Assembly (NCBI GenBank): GCA_035371305.1
Contig: DAOOWN010000003.1
Span: 2,801-66,800 of the forward strand
DNA length: 64,000 nucleotides
Source: Bacteroidales bacterium
GTDB lineage: Bacteria; Bacteroidota; Bacteroidia; Bacteroidales; GWA2-32-17
Reading direction: 5' to 3'
A program made the translations under genes and the position numbers. The notes under the pieces are model-generated. The model was not told the DNA's origin, did no database searches, and saw only the letters and a list, made by a program, of their open reading frames with translations. Shown piece by piece: positions 1 to 8,450 of the stretch; position 1 is the stretch's first letter; the number at the start of each line of letters is the position of its first letter.

Positions 1-460
1 TTAAAGGGAAATAGAGCATATCAACCACTTTTCCGTGAAGAAAAGTGCCATATCCGCCTTCGTGAGGGAATAACTGTGCCAATTGTCCTTCGCTGCTACT
101 ATAAATTATACCGTAAAATAAACTGTCGATGATGTTTCCTACGGCACCTGCCCAAATAAAGGAAATGGCGCTTATAAAAATAATTTTTGCTTTTTCTTTT
201 ATTAAGCGAACAAGGTACCATCCAATAGCAATGGCTGCTATTAATCGTAAAAGAGAAAGAATAAGCTTGCCAACATCGCCGCTTGAAAGGGTGAGTCCAA
301 ATGCCATTCCCGGATTTTCGGTGAAGTGAATATAAAACCAATCAAAAATTTTATAATCTTCGCCTAACATAAAATGGGTTTTAATATACCATTTTAAAAT
401 TTGGTCGAACAATAGGATGCCAAGAATAATTCCTGCCACGATATAAATTCTTTTCTTCAT
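1..460 (-). CDS. lspA: Lipoprotein signal peptidase II, C-terminus cut by window edge
   Basis: Hand translation from ATG (460-458, minus) gives MKKRIYIVAGIILGILLFDQILKWY...FTENPGMAFGL...WAGAVGNIIDSLFYG...GKVVDMLYFP. This shows the multi-TM SPase II pattern (NxGxAFG and GNxxD motifs). It is absent from the ORF track because no stop lies in the window. The start is 1 nt after the stop of the upstream cyclase gene. Confidence 0.85.
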   Translation of the reverse strand, partial: MKKRIYIVAGIILGILLFDQILKWYIKTHFMLGEDYKIFDWFYIHFTENPGMAFGLTLSSGDVGKLILSLLRLIAAIAIGWYLVRLIKEKAKIIFISAISFIWAGAVGNIIDSLFYGIIYSSSEGQLAQLFPHEGGYGTFLHGKVVDMLYFPL

Positions 461-461
461 A

Positions 462-3400
462 TTATACAAGCTTGTCTAATTCGTCCAACTGATTGGTTTT
501 ATTAATATTTCTTTTCCGTTTGGCTGTTTCTGTAAAGTATTGATGTTTTCTTATAAATTCGTATTGCATTTTATTCCATGCGTCAACAGAGCGAATTTTT
601 CCACGCTCAAAAAGTTCACGGAATAAGTTTTGCGAGACGGGAATAAAATCACTACGTCCTAAGTAATCCAGATCGGCGTCGCAAATTATTTGCTCTAAGT
701 GGTCTTGGGGGTCGGGTGGAAATTTTGTTGCTAAAATCAACCGACAAATAATGTCAATCTGATCCTGACGATATCCGTATTGTGGCAATATTTCACGAGC
801 AAATCTTACTCCTAATTCTTCGTGATCGTCGTATCCTTTCATAAAGCCGGTATCGTGCAACAAAGCGGCCGTTTTTAATAGCAACAATTCTTCTCTGCTA
901 ACCTTTTCGCCCAGAGCAAGCATTTCAACTTGTGTTATTACGTCAATGGTATGCTTTAAGTCGTGGTAATATAAATTGTTTGGTAATGATTTTTCTAATT
1001 TAAGCAATACAAACTCTTCCAGGTCATCGTATTTTAAGAATTGAAGTTTGAGTCGGAATTTATCATTGGGTTCGTTCGGATTTTCGGGCATTGCCATTTC
1101 TTTTTTTATGCCTTTTACAAAGTACATGTCGATTTCGCCTTTGTGTTTTACCGGTAATTTGCCTCGGTATTCGCATTCAAAATAGTCTTTAATTCTTCCG
1201 TACACATCTCCGGATACGTTTATTTCTCCGGCAACGCTTGACGATTCCATGCGTGAAGCAATGTTAACCGCATCGCCCCATATATCGTACGAGAATTTTT
1301 TGCTTCCAACCACCCCGGCAACTACGGTACCCGAATGAATCCCAACCCTGATTGACCATTGATATTTGAAAATTTCTTTGTTGTTTTTGATGAAATGTTG
1401 CATTTTAAGGGCAGCTAACGTAACGTCAATAGGGTTGGTTCTGTTTTTCTTAGGAACGCCACCGGCACACATATATGCATCGCCAATCGTTTTGATTTTT
1501 TCTACTCCATATTGGTCACAAATGTCGTCGAAATTTTTAAACACCAAGTTTAGTTCGTCTATAAGCATTTCGGGGCTCATTTGCTCTGTAATATGCGTAA
1601 ACCCTTGAACATCGGCAAATAAAACAGAAACCAACGAGTATTTTTTCTTTTCTACAAAGCCATTTTCTTTTAACGATTGAACCGTTTCTTCGGGAAGAAT
1701 ATTGCGAATAAGCTCATCTACTTTTTCTTTTTCTTCGGCAAGTTGTTTAGTTCTAATATTCAGCAAGGTTTCAATATGATGTTTTTCCTGTGCAAAAGAA
1801 TAGGCTCGCCACTGGAAAATCATGAGCACTAAGCTTGCCAATAAAATTATGTATATTAAATATGCATACCATTGCCTGTAAACGGGAGCCAGGATTTTAA
1901 AATGATAAACCATTTCGTTAGAAATCGTACCATATATATTTTTAGCACGAACATGAAAAACATAATTACCTTCAAATAAGTTGGTGTATTCCTTAAATGT
2001 ATTGGTTGTCCAATCTGACCAATTTTTATCGAATCCTTCTAAATAATACTGATATTGAATATTGTTTTTTGCATCAAAATAGGGTGCAATAAAATCGAAA
2101 CGAATATTATGATTTTTATAATTAATAAATACTTGTTCGTCGTTATTTGACCATGTGGATGAGGCTACAATGGTATCGTTACCGGCAATAAATGAAGATA
2201 AAAACAGTGATAATTTGCTGGTGTCTTGTGTTAATTTTTTAGCATCAAAGCGAATTAAACCATCAAATGTGCCAAACCAAGTTACTGCATTTAAATCTGG
2301 AAATATTGATTCTATTGTAAACTCTCTGATAACTTTGAAAGGATTTTTTACAATTTTGTATTGATTCTTTTTTAAATAAAATGCAACACCTGTTTCTTTT
2401 TCATATATTCCTTCTTTTCCGGAACTATACCAAATATTATGATAGTGATCTTCTTTAAGCGGGAAAATCCAGGTTTTTAGATCAGGAATTAAAAATGTGT
2501 CGGCAACAAATGATTTGTTTGCATAATCAAAAAGAAAGGGTCCACTTTGTGTACTGAATAAAACACCTCTTTTTGTTGAATAAACGTCAACCCAACCGAT
2601 ATTTGCAGGGAATCCTTTTCCTGTTTTATAGTGCCCAATGGTTTTAACAGAATACTTTTCCAAATCGATCGAAACATTATAAACTCCATTATAATCTGAG
2701 CCCAGCCAGTAGCTGCCTTGTGCATCTTTAGCAATGGTCCGTGTGTGGTCGAAAAAATCTGTTTTAAGCTGACGAAATATAGGTTTGTTGTTTTTAAATT
2801 CAATGATCCCTAATCCGTTATTAAGGCAAATAACAATTTGTTTGTAAGTTGAATCAATAGCTAAAAAATCTTCAAAAATATGCTCTTTATTTAAAACTTG
2901 TACTTTATCGTTTTTGTCTATAAAATATAATCCATTATCGGTACTTACAAGTAATCCGCTTGGTGTGGCAAGAAGTTTATTACAATCGACCTGAATTTCT
3001 TTTACCAATTTAAACATGTTTCCATGAACGGTTTGCTTTTGAAAATTCGTTTTATCTAAATAGCGAAGCCCTTGTGTAGTAGCAATATAAACCTTATTGT
3101 TAAATCGGCAAATGTCGGAAACGCCACCCTTTACACCATTTACTGTTGAAAAATATGAAAATGCAGAATAGATTTCTATTCTAGAGAGTCCATTATTCAG
3201 TGAAACCCATACGTTGTTCCATTTGTCTATAAATAAGTCATTTATATTGTCATTTAGCAGCAGGTTGTCGGTTGATAACTCAAACAATGCATGCCCTTTT
3301 GTGTTCATGCCAATAATCCCTCCTCTGTGTGTGCCAAAAACATAAACAGAGTCGGGAGTCATGATAAAGCAAGAGTACTGATGTTCGTCTAAATAGTCTT

Positions 3401-4118
3401 CAATTTCATTTGAAAAAGGAACAATTTCTCCCGATTTATTTAATATAAAGATAGATTTTTCGTTCCTAAATTTAATTAAAAATTTGTCGTAATACGGTAT
3501 TAAGAACTCTATAATTTTATTATTGAGTGATTGAGAACTTAGCCACAAAATCATATTGCCATTGGCATATTGATACAATCCACCGGGTTCTTTGAATACA
3601 AAAAGTTTATCGTTGATGGTATATAGCTCCAGTAAATTTGATGTGCTATCGATGACGTTTATATTTCTGCCATTGTATGAATACAAGTAAGAGTAATTTC
3701 CAATAAAAAGGATTTCGTTTCGGTAGCTTATTAAAGAAGAAACATCGCCAATTTTTTCTTTTAAACGTTGTGATGGAACTAAGGAGTGAAATTCGTACTT
3801 GTTTTTTTCGCCTTGTGTTACTATACCAAAGTCTTTGTATAATCCTGCATAAACATTGCCTTTTTTGTCGCTGCAAAGCCTTGGAATACCTTGAGCCGGT
3901 ATCAAGTTCCAGTGAATTCCATCGTATTGAAGAATACCGCTTACATTGCTAATAAAAAAGATTCCTTGATTATTTTGTGTTATAGCAAAATTTTGACTTT
4001 CGTATCCATATGCTTTGGGTGGAATATTTTGAATTAAAGGGAAACCTGTCTCATCAAATTGAGCAAAAAGACGAGCATAGGAAACAATGAAAAATAATAT
4101 TAATAAATATTTTAACAA
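462..4118 (-). CDS. Membrane sensor protein: periplasmic beta-propeller/Y_Y_Y-type repeats, one TM, class III adenylate/guanylate cyclase domain, C-terminal HD phosphohydrolase domain
   Basis: 1218-aa ORF with a signal/anchor MLKYLLILFFIVSYARLFAQ. About 750 aa of propeller-like repeats are followed by the TM YAYLIYIILLASLVLMIF. Cyclase motifs are VLFADVQGFT (about nt 1590-1630), KTIGDAYM and DIWGDAVNIASRME (about nt 1250-1290). HD motifs are HDLKH (about nt 950-970), LLHDTGF (about nt 843-872) and DADLDYLG. Confidence 0.8.
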   Translation of the reverse strand: MLKYLLILFFIVSYARLFAQFDETGFPLIQNIPPKAYGYESQNFAITQNNQGIFFISNVSGILQYDGIHWNLIPAQGIPRLCSDKKGNVYAGLYKDFGIVTQGEKNKYEFHSLVPSQRLKEKIGDVSSLISYRNEILFIGNYSYLYSYNGRNINVIDSTSNLLELYTINDKLFVFKEPGGLYQYANGNMILWLSSQSLNNKIIEFLIPYYDKFLIKFRNEKSIFILNKSGEIVPFSNEIEDYLDEHQYSCFIMTPDSVYVFGTHRGGIIGMNTKGHALFELSTDNLLLNDNINDLFIDKWNNVWVSLNNGLSRIEIYSAFSYFSTVNGVKGGVSDICRFNNKVYIATTQGLRYLDKTNFQKQTVHGNMFKLVKEIQVDCNKLLATPSGLLVSTDNGLYFIDKNDKVQVLNKEHIFEDFLAIDSTYKQIVICLNNGLGIIEFKNNKPIFRQLKTDFFDHTRTIAKDAQGSYWLGSDYNGVYNVSIDLEKYSVKTIGHYKTGKGFPANIGWVDVYSTKRGVLFSTQSGPFLFDYANKSFVADTFLIPDLKTWIFPLKEDHYHNIWYSSGKEGIYEKETGVAFYLKKNQYKIVKNPFKVIREFTIESIFPDLNAVTWFGTFDGLIRFDAKKLTQDTSKLSLFLSSFIAGNDTIVASSTWSNNDEQVFINYKNHNIRFDFIAPYFDAKNNIQYQYYLEGFDKNWSDWTTNTFKEYTNLFEGNYVFHVRAKNIYGTISNEMVYHFKILAPVYRQWYAYLIYIILLASLVLMIFQWRAYSFAQEKHHIETLLNIRTKQLAEEKEKVDELIRNILPEETVQSLKENGFVEKKKYSLVSVLFADVQGFTHITEQMSPEMLIDELNLVFKNFDDICDQYGVEKIKTIGDAYMCAGGVPKKNRTNPIDVTLAALKMQHFIKNNKEIFKYQWSIRVGIHSGTVVAGVVGSKKFSYDIWGDAVNIASRMESSSVAGEINVSGDVYGRIKDYFECEYRGKLPVKHKGEIDMYFVKGIKKEMAMPENPNEPNDKFRLKLQFLKYDDLEEFVLLKLEKSLPNNLYYHDLKHTIDVITQVEMLALGEKVSREELLLLKTAALLHDTGFMKGYDDHEELGVRFAREILPQYGYRQDQIDIICRLILATKFPPDPQDHLEQIICDADLDYLGRSDFIPVSQNLFRELFERGKIRSVDAWNKMQYEFIRKHQYFTETAKRKRNINKTNQLDELDKLV

Positions 4119-4196
4119 TTCGTTAAATTTTTATTAGCTTTGCCAAAATTAAACCACAAAGTTAATCTTTTATTGATATATCAAAAAAAGTTGTTT

Positions 4197-5027
4197 ATGG
4201 AAAAAAATAAAAAAACGCTATTAGTCCCCTGCGATTTTACTGAGGTTGCTATAAATGCTTTACAGCATGCCGTTATTTTAGCCAAAAAAATTAATGCTAA
4301 GATTGTAGTATTTAATGTAGTAAAGAAGGAAAAAGAAATAGTTGATGCCATAGAACAATTGAAATCATTTGTTTCAAAAGCCTCGTTACCCGGTGATGTA
4401 GAAATAGAATTTGCGGCAAAAGATGGAACTATTTACGATGCTATCAAAGAAAAAGCCGACGAAATTTCGGCCACCTTTGTTGTTATGGGAACTCACGGAA
4501 TTACGGGCATGCAAAAACTGATTGGCAGCAAAGCATTAAAAGTTATTGCTAATTCAATTATTCCATTTATTGTTGTTCAAGATAAGCCTTCAGGTGATGT
4601 TTATTTCTCAAAAATCGTAGTCCCCGTTGATTTTACGGTTGAAAACAAGGAAAAATTAAAATGGGCACACTATATTTCAGTTTACTTCAACTCTACGATG
4701 GTTTTATACGTTGTAAATATTACCGACGAGGTATATTTGAAAAAAGTAAAAGCCAATTTGCTTTTTGCTAAAAAATATTTTGAAGAACGCGAAATAAATT
4801 ATGAAATTCACATAGCACCTTCTGATAAAAAATTTGAAGAGGCCATTATTGAGTTTTCAAATACAATTAAGGCAGATGGCTTGCTTATTATGACAACCAA
4901 AGATCCACGCTTTACCGATTTTATTTTTGGTGCCGAAGAGCAAGAGATTATTGCAAACAATGCTAAAATTCCGGTAATTTGTATAAATCCGCGTACCGAT
5001 ACCAAAAAATTCCAAAGCTTCCATTAA
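4197..5027 (+). CDS. Tandem universal stress protein (UspA family)
   Basis: Two Usp-like halves, with the motif VVMGTHGITGMQKLIGS (G-2x-G-9x-G-S/T). The ATG at 4197 (MEKNKKTLLVPCDF) is preferred over the track's TTG at 4140. Confidence 0.75.
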   Translation: MEKNKKTLLVPCDFTEVAINALQHAVILAKKINAKIVVFNVVKKEKEIVDAIEQLKSFVSKASLPGDVEIEFAAKDGTIYDAIKEKADEISATFVVMGTHGITGMQKLIGSKALKVIANSIIPFIVVQDKPSGDVYFSKIVVPVDFTVENKEKLKWAHYISVYFNSTMVLYVVNITDEVYLKKVKANLLFAKKYFEEREINYEIHIAPSDKKFEEAIIEFSNTIKADGLLIMTTKDPRFTDFIFGAEEQEIIANNAKIPVICINPRTDTKKFQSFH

Positions 5028-5041
5028 CAGTAGCATTTTTT

Positions 5042-6034
5042 TTAAAATGCTTTAAATCCAATAATCTCTCTTACTTCATTTAATGTTTTTGAAGCACTTG
5101 CACGTGCTTTTTCCTCTCCCATACGAATAACCTTTCTAAGGTAATCATGATCGTTTGATAATGCTTCGATTTTTTCTCTGATTGGATTTGTAAAAAGTAT
5201 AATATCTTCGGCTATTTTCTTTTTCATATCGCCATAACGGATAGAACAATCATTGTATTTTTCTAAGAAATATTGATACGTATCAGGGCTTGACATTACT
5301 TGCATAATTTTAAAAAGATTGGAAACCGATTCGGCCATAGGTTGATTGGGTTCGGTGGGACCACTGTCGGTAACGGCTTTCATTACTTTTTTGCGAATAA
5401 TTTCGGGGCTGTCGGCTAAGTTGATGGCATTCCCTTCCGATTTTCCCATTTTTCCGCTTCCATCTAAACCCGGTATTTTTACAAGTTGTTCACCAAAATT
5501 ATAAGCAACAGGTTCGGGGAAATAATCTACACCGTACATTCTGTTGAAACGAGCAGCGAAGTTTCGTGTCATTTCTAAATGTTGTTCTTGGTCTTTTCCG
5601 ACCGGTACCTTATGTGCTTTATGAATAATAATGTCGGCTGCCATTAAAACAGGATAGGTCAATAATCCGGCGTTTACGTTATTGGGTTGTTTGCGAGCTT
5701 TTTCCTTAAATGTTGTACAGCGTTCCAATTCGCCCAAATAAGCATTCATGTTGAGTAACAGATAAAGTTCCGTTATTTCACGAACATCACTTTGGCGATA
5801 TAAAACCGACTTTTCGGGGTCGATGCCACATGCCAAATACTCAACCAATACTTGTTTGGTGTTTCCAAAAAGATTTTCGGGAGTGGGATGCGTAGTCAGC
5901 GAATGAAAATCTGCAATAAAGAAATAACAATGATGTTGTTCCTGAAGTTTCAGAAAGTTTTTAATTGCTCCAAAATAGTTGCCAAGGTGAAGGTTACCTG
6001 TTGAGCGAATACCACTTACAATAATTTCTTTCAT
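5042..6034 (-). CDS. trpS: Tryptophan--tRNA ligase
   Basis: 330 aa with class I signatures GNLHLGNY (HIGH-type) and KMGKS (KMSKS). Length and layout are typical of TrpRS. Confidence 0.9.
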   Translation of the reverse strand: MKEIIVSGIRSTGNLHLGNYFGAIKNFLKLQEQHHCYFFIADFHSLTTHPTPENLFGNTKQVLVEYLACGIDPEKSVLYRQSDVREITELYLLLNMNAYLGELERCTTFKEKARKQPNNVNAGLLTYPVLMAADIIIHKAHKVPVGKDQEQHLEMTRNFAARFNRMYGVDYFPEPVAYNFGEQLVKIPGLDGSGKMGKSEGNAINLADSPEIIRKKVMKAVTDSGPTEPNQPMAESVSNLFKIMQVMSSPDTYQYFLEKYNDCSIRYGDMKKKIAEDIILFTNPIREKIEALSNDHDYLRKVIRMGEEKARASASKTLNEVREIIGFKAF

Positions 6035-6077
6035 TTAGTTAAGTTTTATGCGATTTGCAAAGGTATCTAAAAAAATG

Positions 6078-8249
6078 TTATCGAATAAATAATAGTTCGC
6101 GATATTTAGGAAGAGGCCAATATTGGTTGTCAACAATTAATTCGATCTTATCTGCATGATATCGAATGTTTTCCATATATGGTTTGACCTTTGTTGAATA
6201 CAGCTGAGCTTTTATACGAATATTGCTTTCTGCATTCGCGTTTTTTCGTTCGTTTTCCATTTCATTTTTTAACTTATAAATGGCTTGTGTATGTTCGTTC
6301 AGTTCATTTAATAATTGTTGGTGCATAGCATATTGAGAATCATTAACTTGAAGCATTTTATATTTTGTGATGATGTCGAGCAATAATTGTTCGTATTTTA
6401 GTGATGCAGGGATAATGTGATTATCAATTAGATTTCCTAAAACCCTCGATTCTATTTGAAGTTTTTTAATATAAAATTCAAGGCGTATTTCATACCGAGC
6501 TTCTAATTCGTAATTTTTAAACACCGAATGTTTTTGAAATAATTCGATGCTTTTTGGACTAATGTATGCTTTCAGCGCATCAACAGCAGAGTTTGTTGTA
6601 GATAGTTTTCTTTTTTTAGCCTCATTGAGCCATTCTTTTGAGTAACCATTTCCATCAAATACAACCTTTTTTGATGCAGAAAAGAAGGTTTGAATGGTTT
6701 TTAAAAGCGCCTCTTCTTTTGCTTTTTTTAAGTTAATTTTAAATAGGTTTTCAAATTCTGTCATTTGTTCGGCAACGGCAGTGTTAAGAGCAATAAGAGC
6801 AGCAGCAGGATTGGCAGACGAACCTACAGCTCTAAATTCAAATCGATTGCCGGTAAAAGCAAAGGGTGAGGTGCGATTTCGGTCGGTGTTGTCGAGCAAA
6901 ATCTCGGGAATACTACTAATATCGAGATTTAAAGCCTTTTTGTCCGAAACAGTCATATTGTTTTTTGATACCGTACGTTCAATTTCTTCTAAAACAGACG
7001 AAATGGTTTTACCCAAGAAAACACTTATAATGTTGGGTGGAGCTTCGTTTCCGCCTAAACGGAATTCGTTTCCTAAAGAAGCAACCGCTGCCTTAAGCAA
7101 TTCTGAATGCTCATATACCGCTTTTATAACGATTGCAATAAATGATAAAAATCGTAAATTGCTTTCAGAAGTGTGTCCCGGAGATAGTAAATTTATTCCA
7201 TTCTTCGTCATTAGCGACCAATTGCAATGTTTTCCCGAGCCGTTTATTCCTGAAAAGGGTTTTTCGTGCAATAAGACTTTAAAATTATGTCTTTCGGCAA
7301 CCTTTCGCATAATATCCATTAAAAGAATATTGTGGTCGTTGGCTAAATTTGCCTCTTCGAATATAGAAGCACACTCAAACTGATTGGGTGAAACCTCGTT
7401 ATGTCGTGTCTTTAATGGGATTCCCAATCGCCAAGCTTCTATTTCCAAATCGGACATAAAAGCCTTAACACGTTCCGGAATGCTTGCAAAATAATGATCT
7501 TCGAGTTGTTGGTCTTTTGCTGATGCATGTCCAAGTAAGGTTCTGCCGGTTAGTATAAGATCGAAACGAGCATTGTAAAGCGACTCATCGACCAAGAAAT
7601 ATTCTTGTTCCCAACCAAAAGTAACCGTAGCGTTTTGAGGTTTTTCAAAAAAAATAGAGGTGAGCGAATACGTTGCTTTTTCGATTGCTTTAAGCGATTT
7701 GAGTAGCGGCATCTTAAAATCAAGAGCTTCGCCGGTGAAAGAAATAAAAATGGATGGAATACAGAGCGTTTTGCCAAGAATAAAAGCAGGAGAAGACGGA
7801 TCCCATGCAGTATAGCCCCTTGCTTCGAAAGTGCTGCGAATGCCACCGCTTGGAAAGCTCGATGCATCGGGCTCTTGTTGAACCAGTTTATCACCCGAAA
7901 AATTTTCAATTATAAATCCATCTTTGTCCGGTTCGAAAAAAGTATCGTGTTTTTCGGCACTGGCTTCGTTTAAGGGCTGAAACCAGTGTGTGTAATGCGT
8001 TGCTCCGTTTTCTATTGCCCATGTTTTCATGCCTAAGGCAATTTGGTCTGCAATTTTTCGGGAAATTCGTTCGTTGTTTTCTATAGAATGAAGAATGTGT
8101 TGAAATGCTTCGGATGATAAATATTTCCGCATTTTAGTTTTGTCAAATACACATCTCCCAAATTCTTCGGGGATTGATTTTGTTTGTATTACAGCTATTG
8201 GCTTATGCTTGAACGACTCTTCTAATGAACTAAAACGTAAAGTATTCAT
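6078..8249 (-). CDS. glnN: Glutamine synthetase, type III
   Basis: 723 aa, the size of Bacteroides-type GSIII. GS catalytic motifs are present: NEVSPNQFE and HEKPFSGINGSGKHCNWS. Confidence 0.88.
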   Translation of the reverse strand: MNTLRFSSLEESFKHKPIAVIQTKSIPEEFGRCVFDKTKMRKYLSSEAFQHILHSIENNERISRKIADQIALGMKTWAIENGATHYTHWFQPLNEASAEKHDTFFEPDKDGFIIENFSGDKLVQQEPDASSFPSGGIRSTFEARGYTAWDPSSPAFILGKTLCIPSIFISFTGEALDFKMPLLKSLKAIEKATYSLTSIFFEKPQNATVTFGWEQEYFLVDESLYNARFDLILTGRTLLGHASAKDQQLEDHYFASIPERVKAFMSDLEIEAWRLGIPLKTRHNEVSPNQFECASIFEEANLANDHNILLMDIMRKVAERHNFKVLLHEKPFSGINGSGKHCNWSLMTKNGINLLSPGHTSESNLRFLSFIAIVIKAVYEHSELLKAAVASLGNEFRLGGNEAPPNIISVFLGKTISSVLEEIERTVSKNNMTVSDKKALNLDISSIPEILLDNTDRNRTSPFAFTGNRFEFRAVGSSANPAAALIALNTAVAEQMTEFENLFKINLKKAKEEALLKTIQTFFSASKKVVFDGNGYSKEWLNEAKKRKLSTTNSAVDALKAYISPKSIELFQKHSVFKNYELEARYEIRLEFYIKKLQIESRVLGNLIDNHIIPASLKYEQLLLDIITKYKMLQVNDSQYAMHQQLLNELNEHTQAIYKLKNEMENERKNANAESNIRIKAQLYSTKVKPYMENIRYHADKIELIVDNQYWPLPKYRELLFIR

Positions 8250-8421
8250 GTTTTTGCCCGCAAAAATAATCGTTTTTTTTAAAGAACTATTAGAAAAATA
8301 AGCATGACTATTTATTGTTATTTAAAACCACCAAAAGCCATGTCGTAAAACACTAAATATCAATAAAATAAAACAATACAAAAAAAATACAAAAAATTGA
8401 TAAAGATTGAAAAAAATGATT

Positions 8422-8429
8422 TAATTTTG
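8422..8429 (+). promoter_or_regulatory. Candidate Bacteroidota -7 box (TAnnTTTG)
   Basis: TAATTTTG lies 22 nt upstream of the ATG at 8451. Confidence 0.4.
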
Positions 8430-8450
8430 GTTTCTTAAAATTTATAGGCT

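Noticed and set aside
99-341. 80-aa and 66-aa ORFs at the left edge
   Set aside because: Both lie inside the lspA coding region in other frames. The lspA frame gives a clear signal peptidase II sequence.
6694-7383. 229-aa plus-strand ORF inside glnN
   Set aside because: It is fully antisense to a strongly supported 723-aa GSIII gene. Its Ser/Leu/Phe-rich, low-information sequence is typical of a shadow ORF.
8261-8268. TATTTTTG (minus strand) considered as the glnN -7 box
   Set aside because: It lies only 12 nt from the start codon, leaving almost no leader. The call is too uncertain to make.
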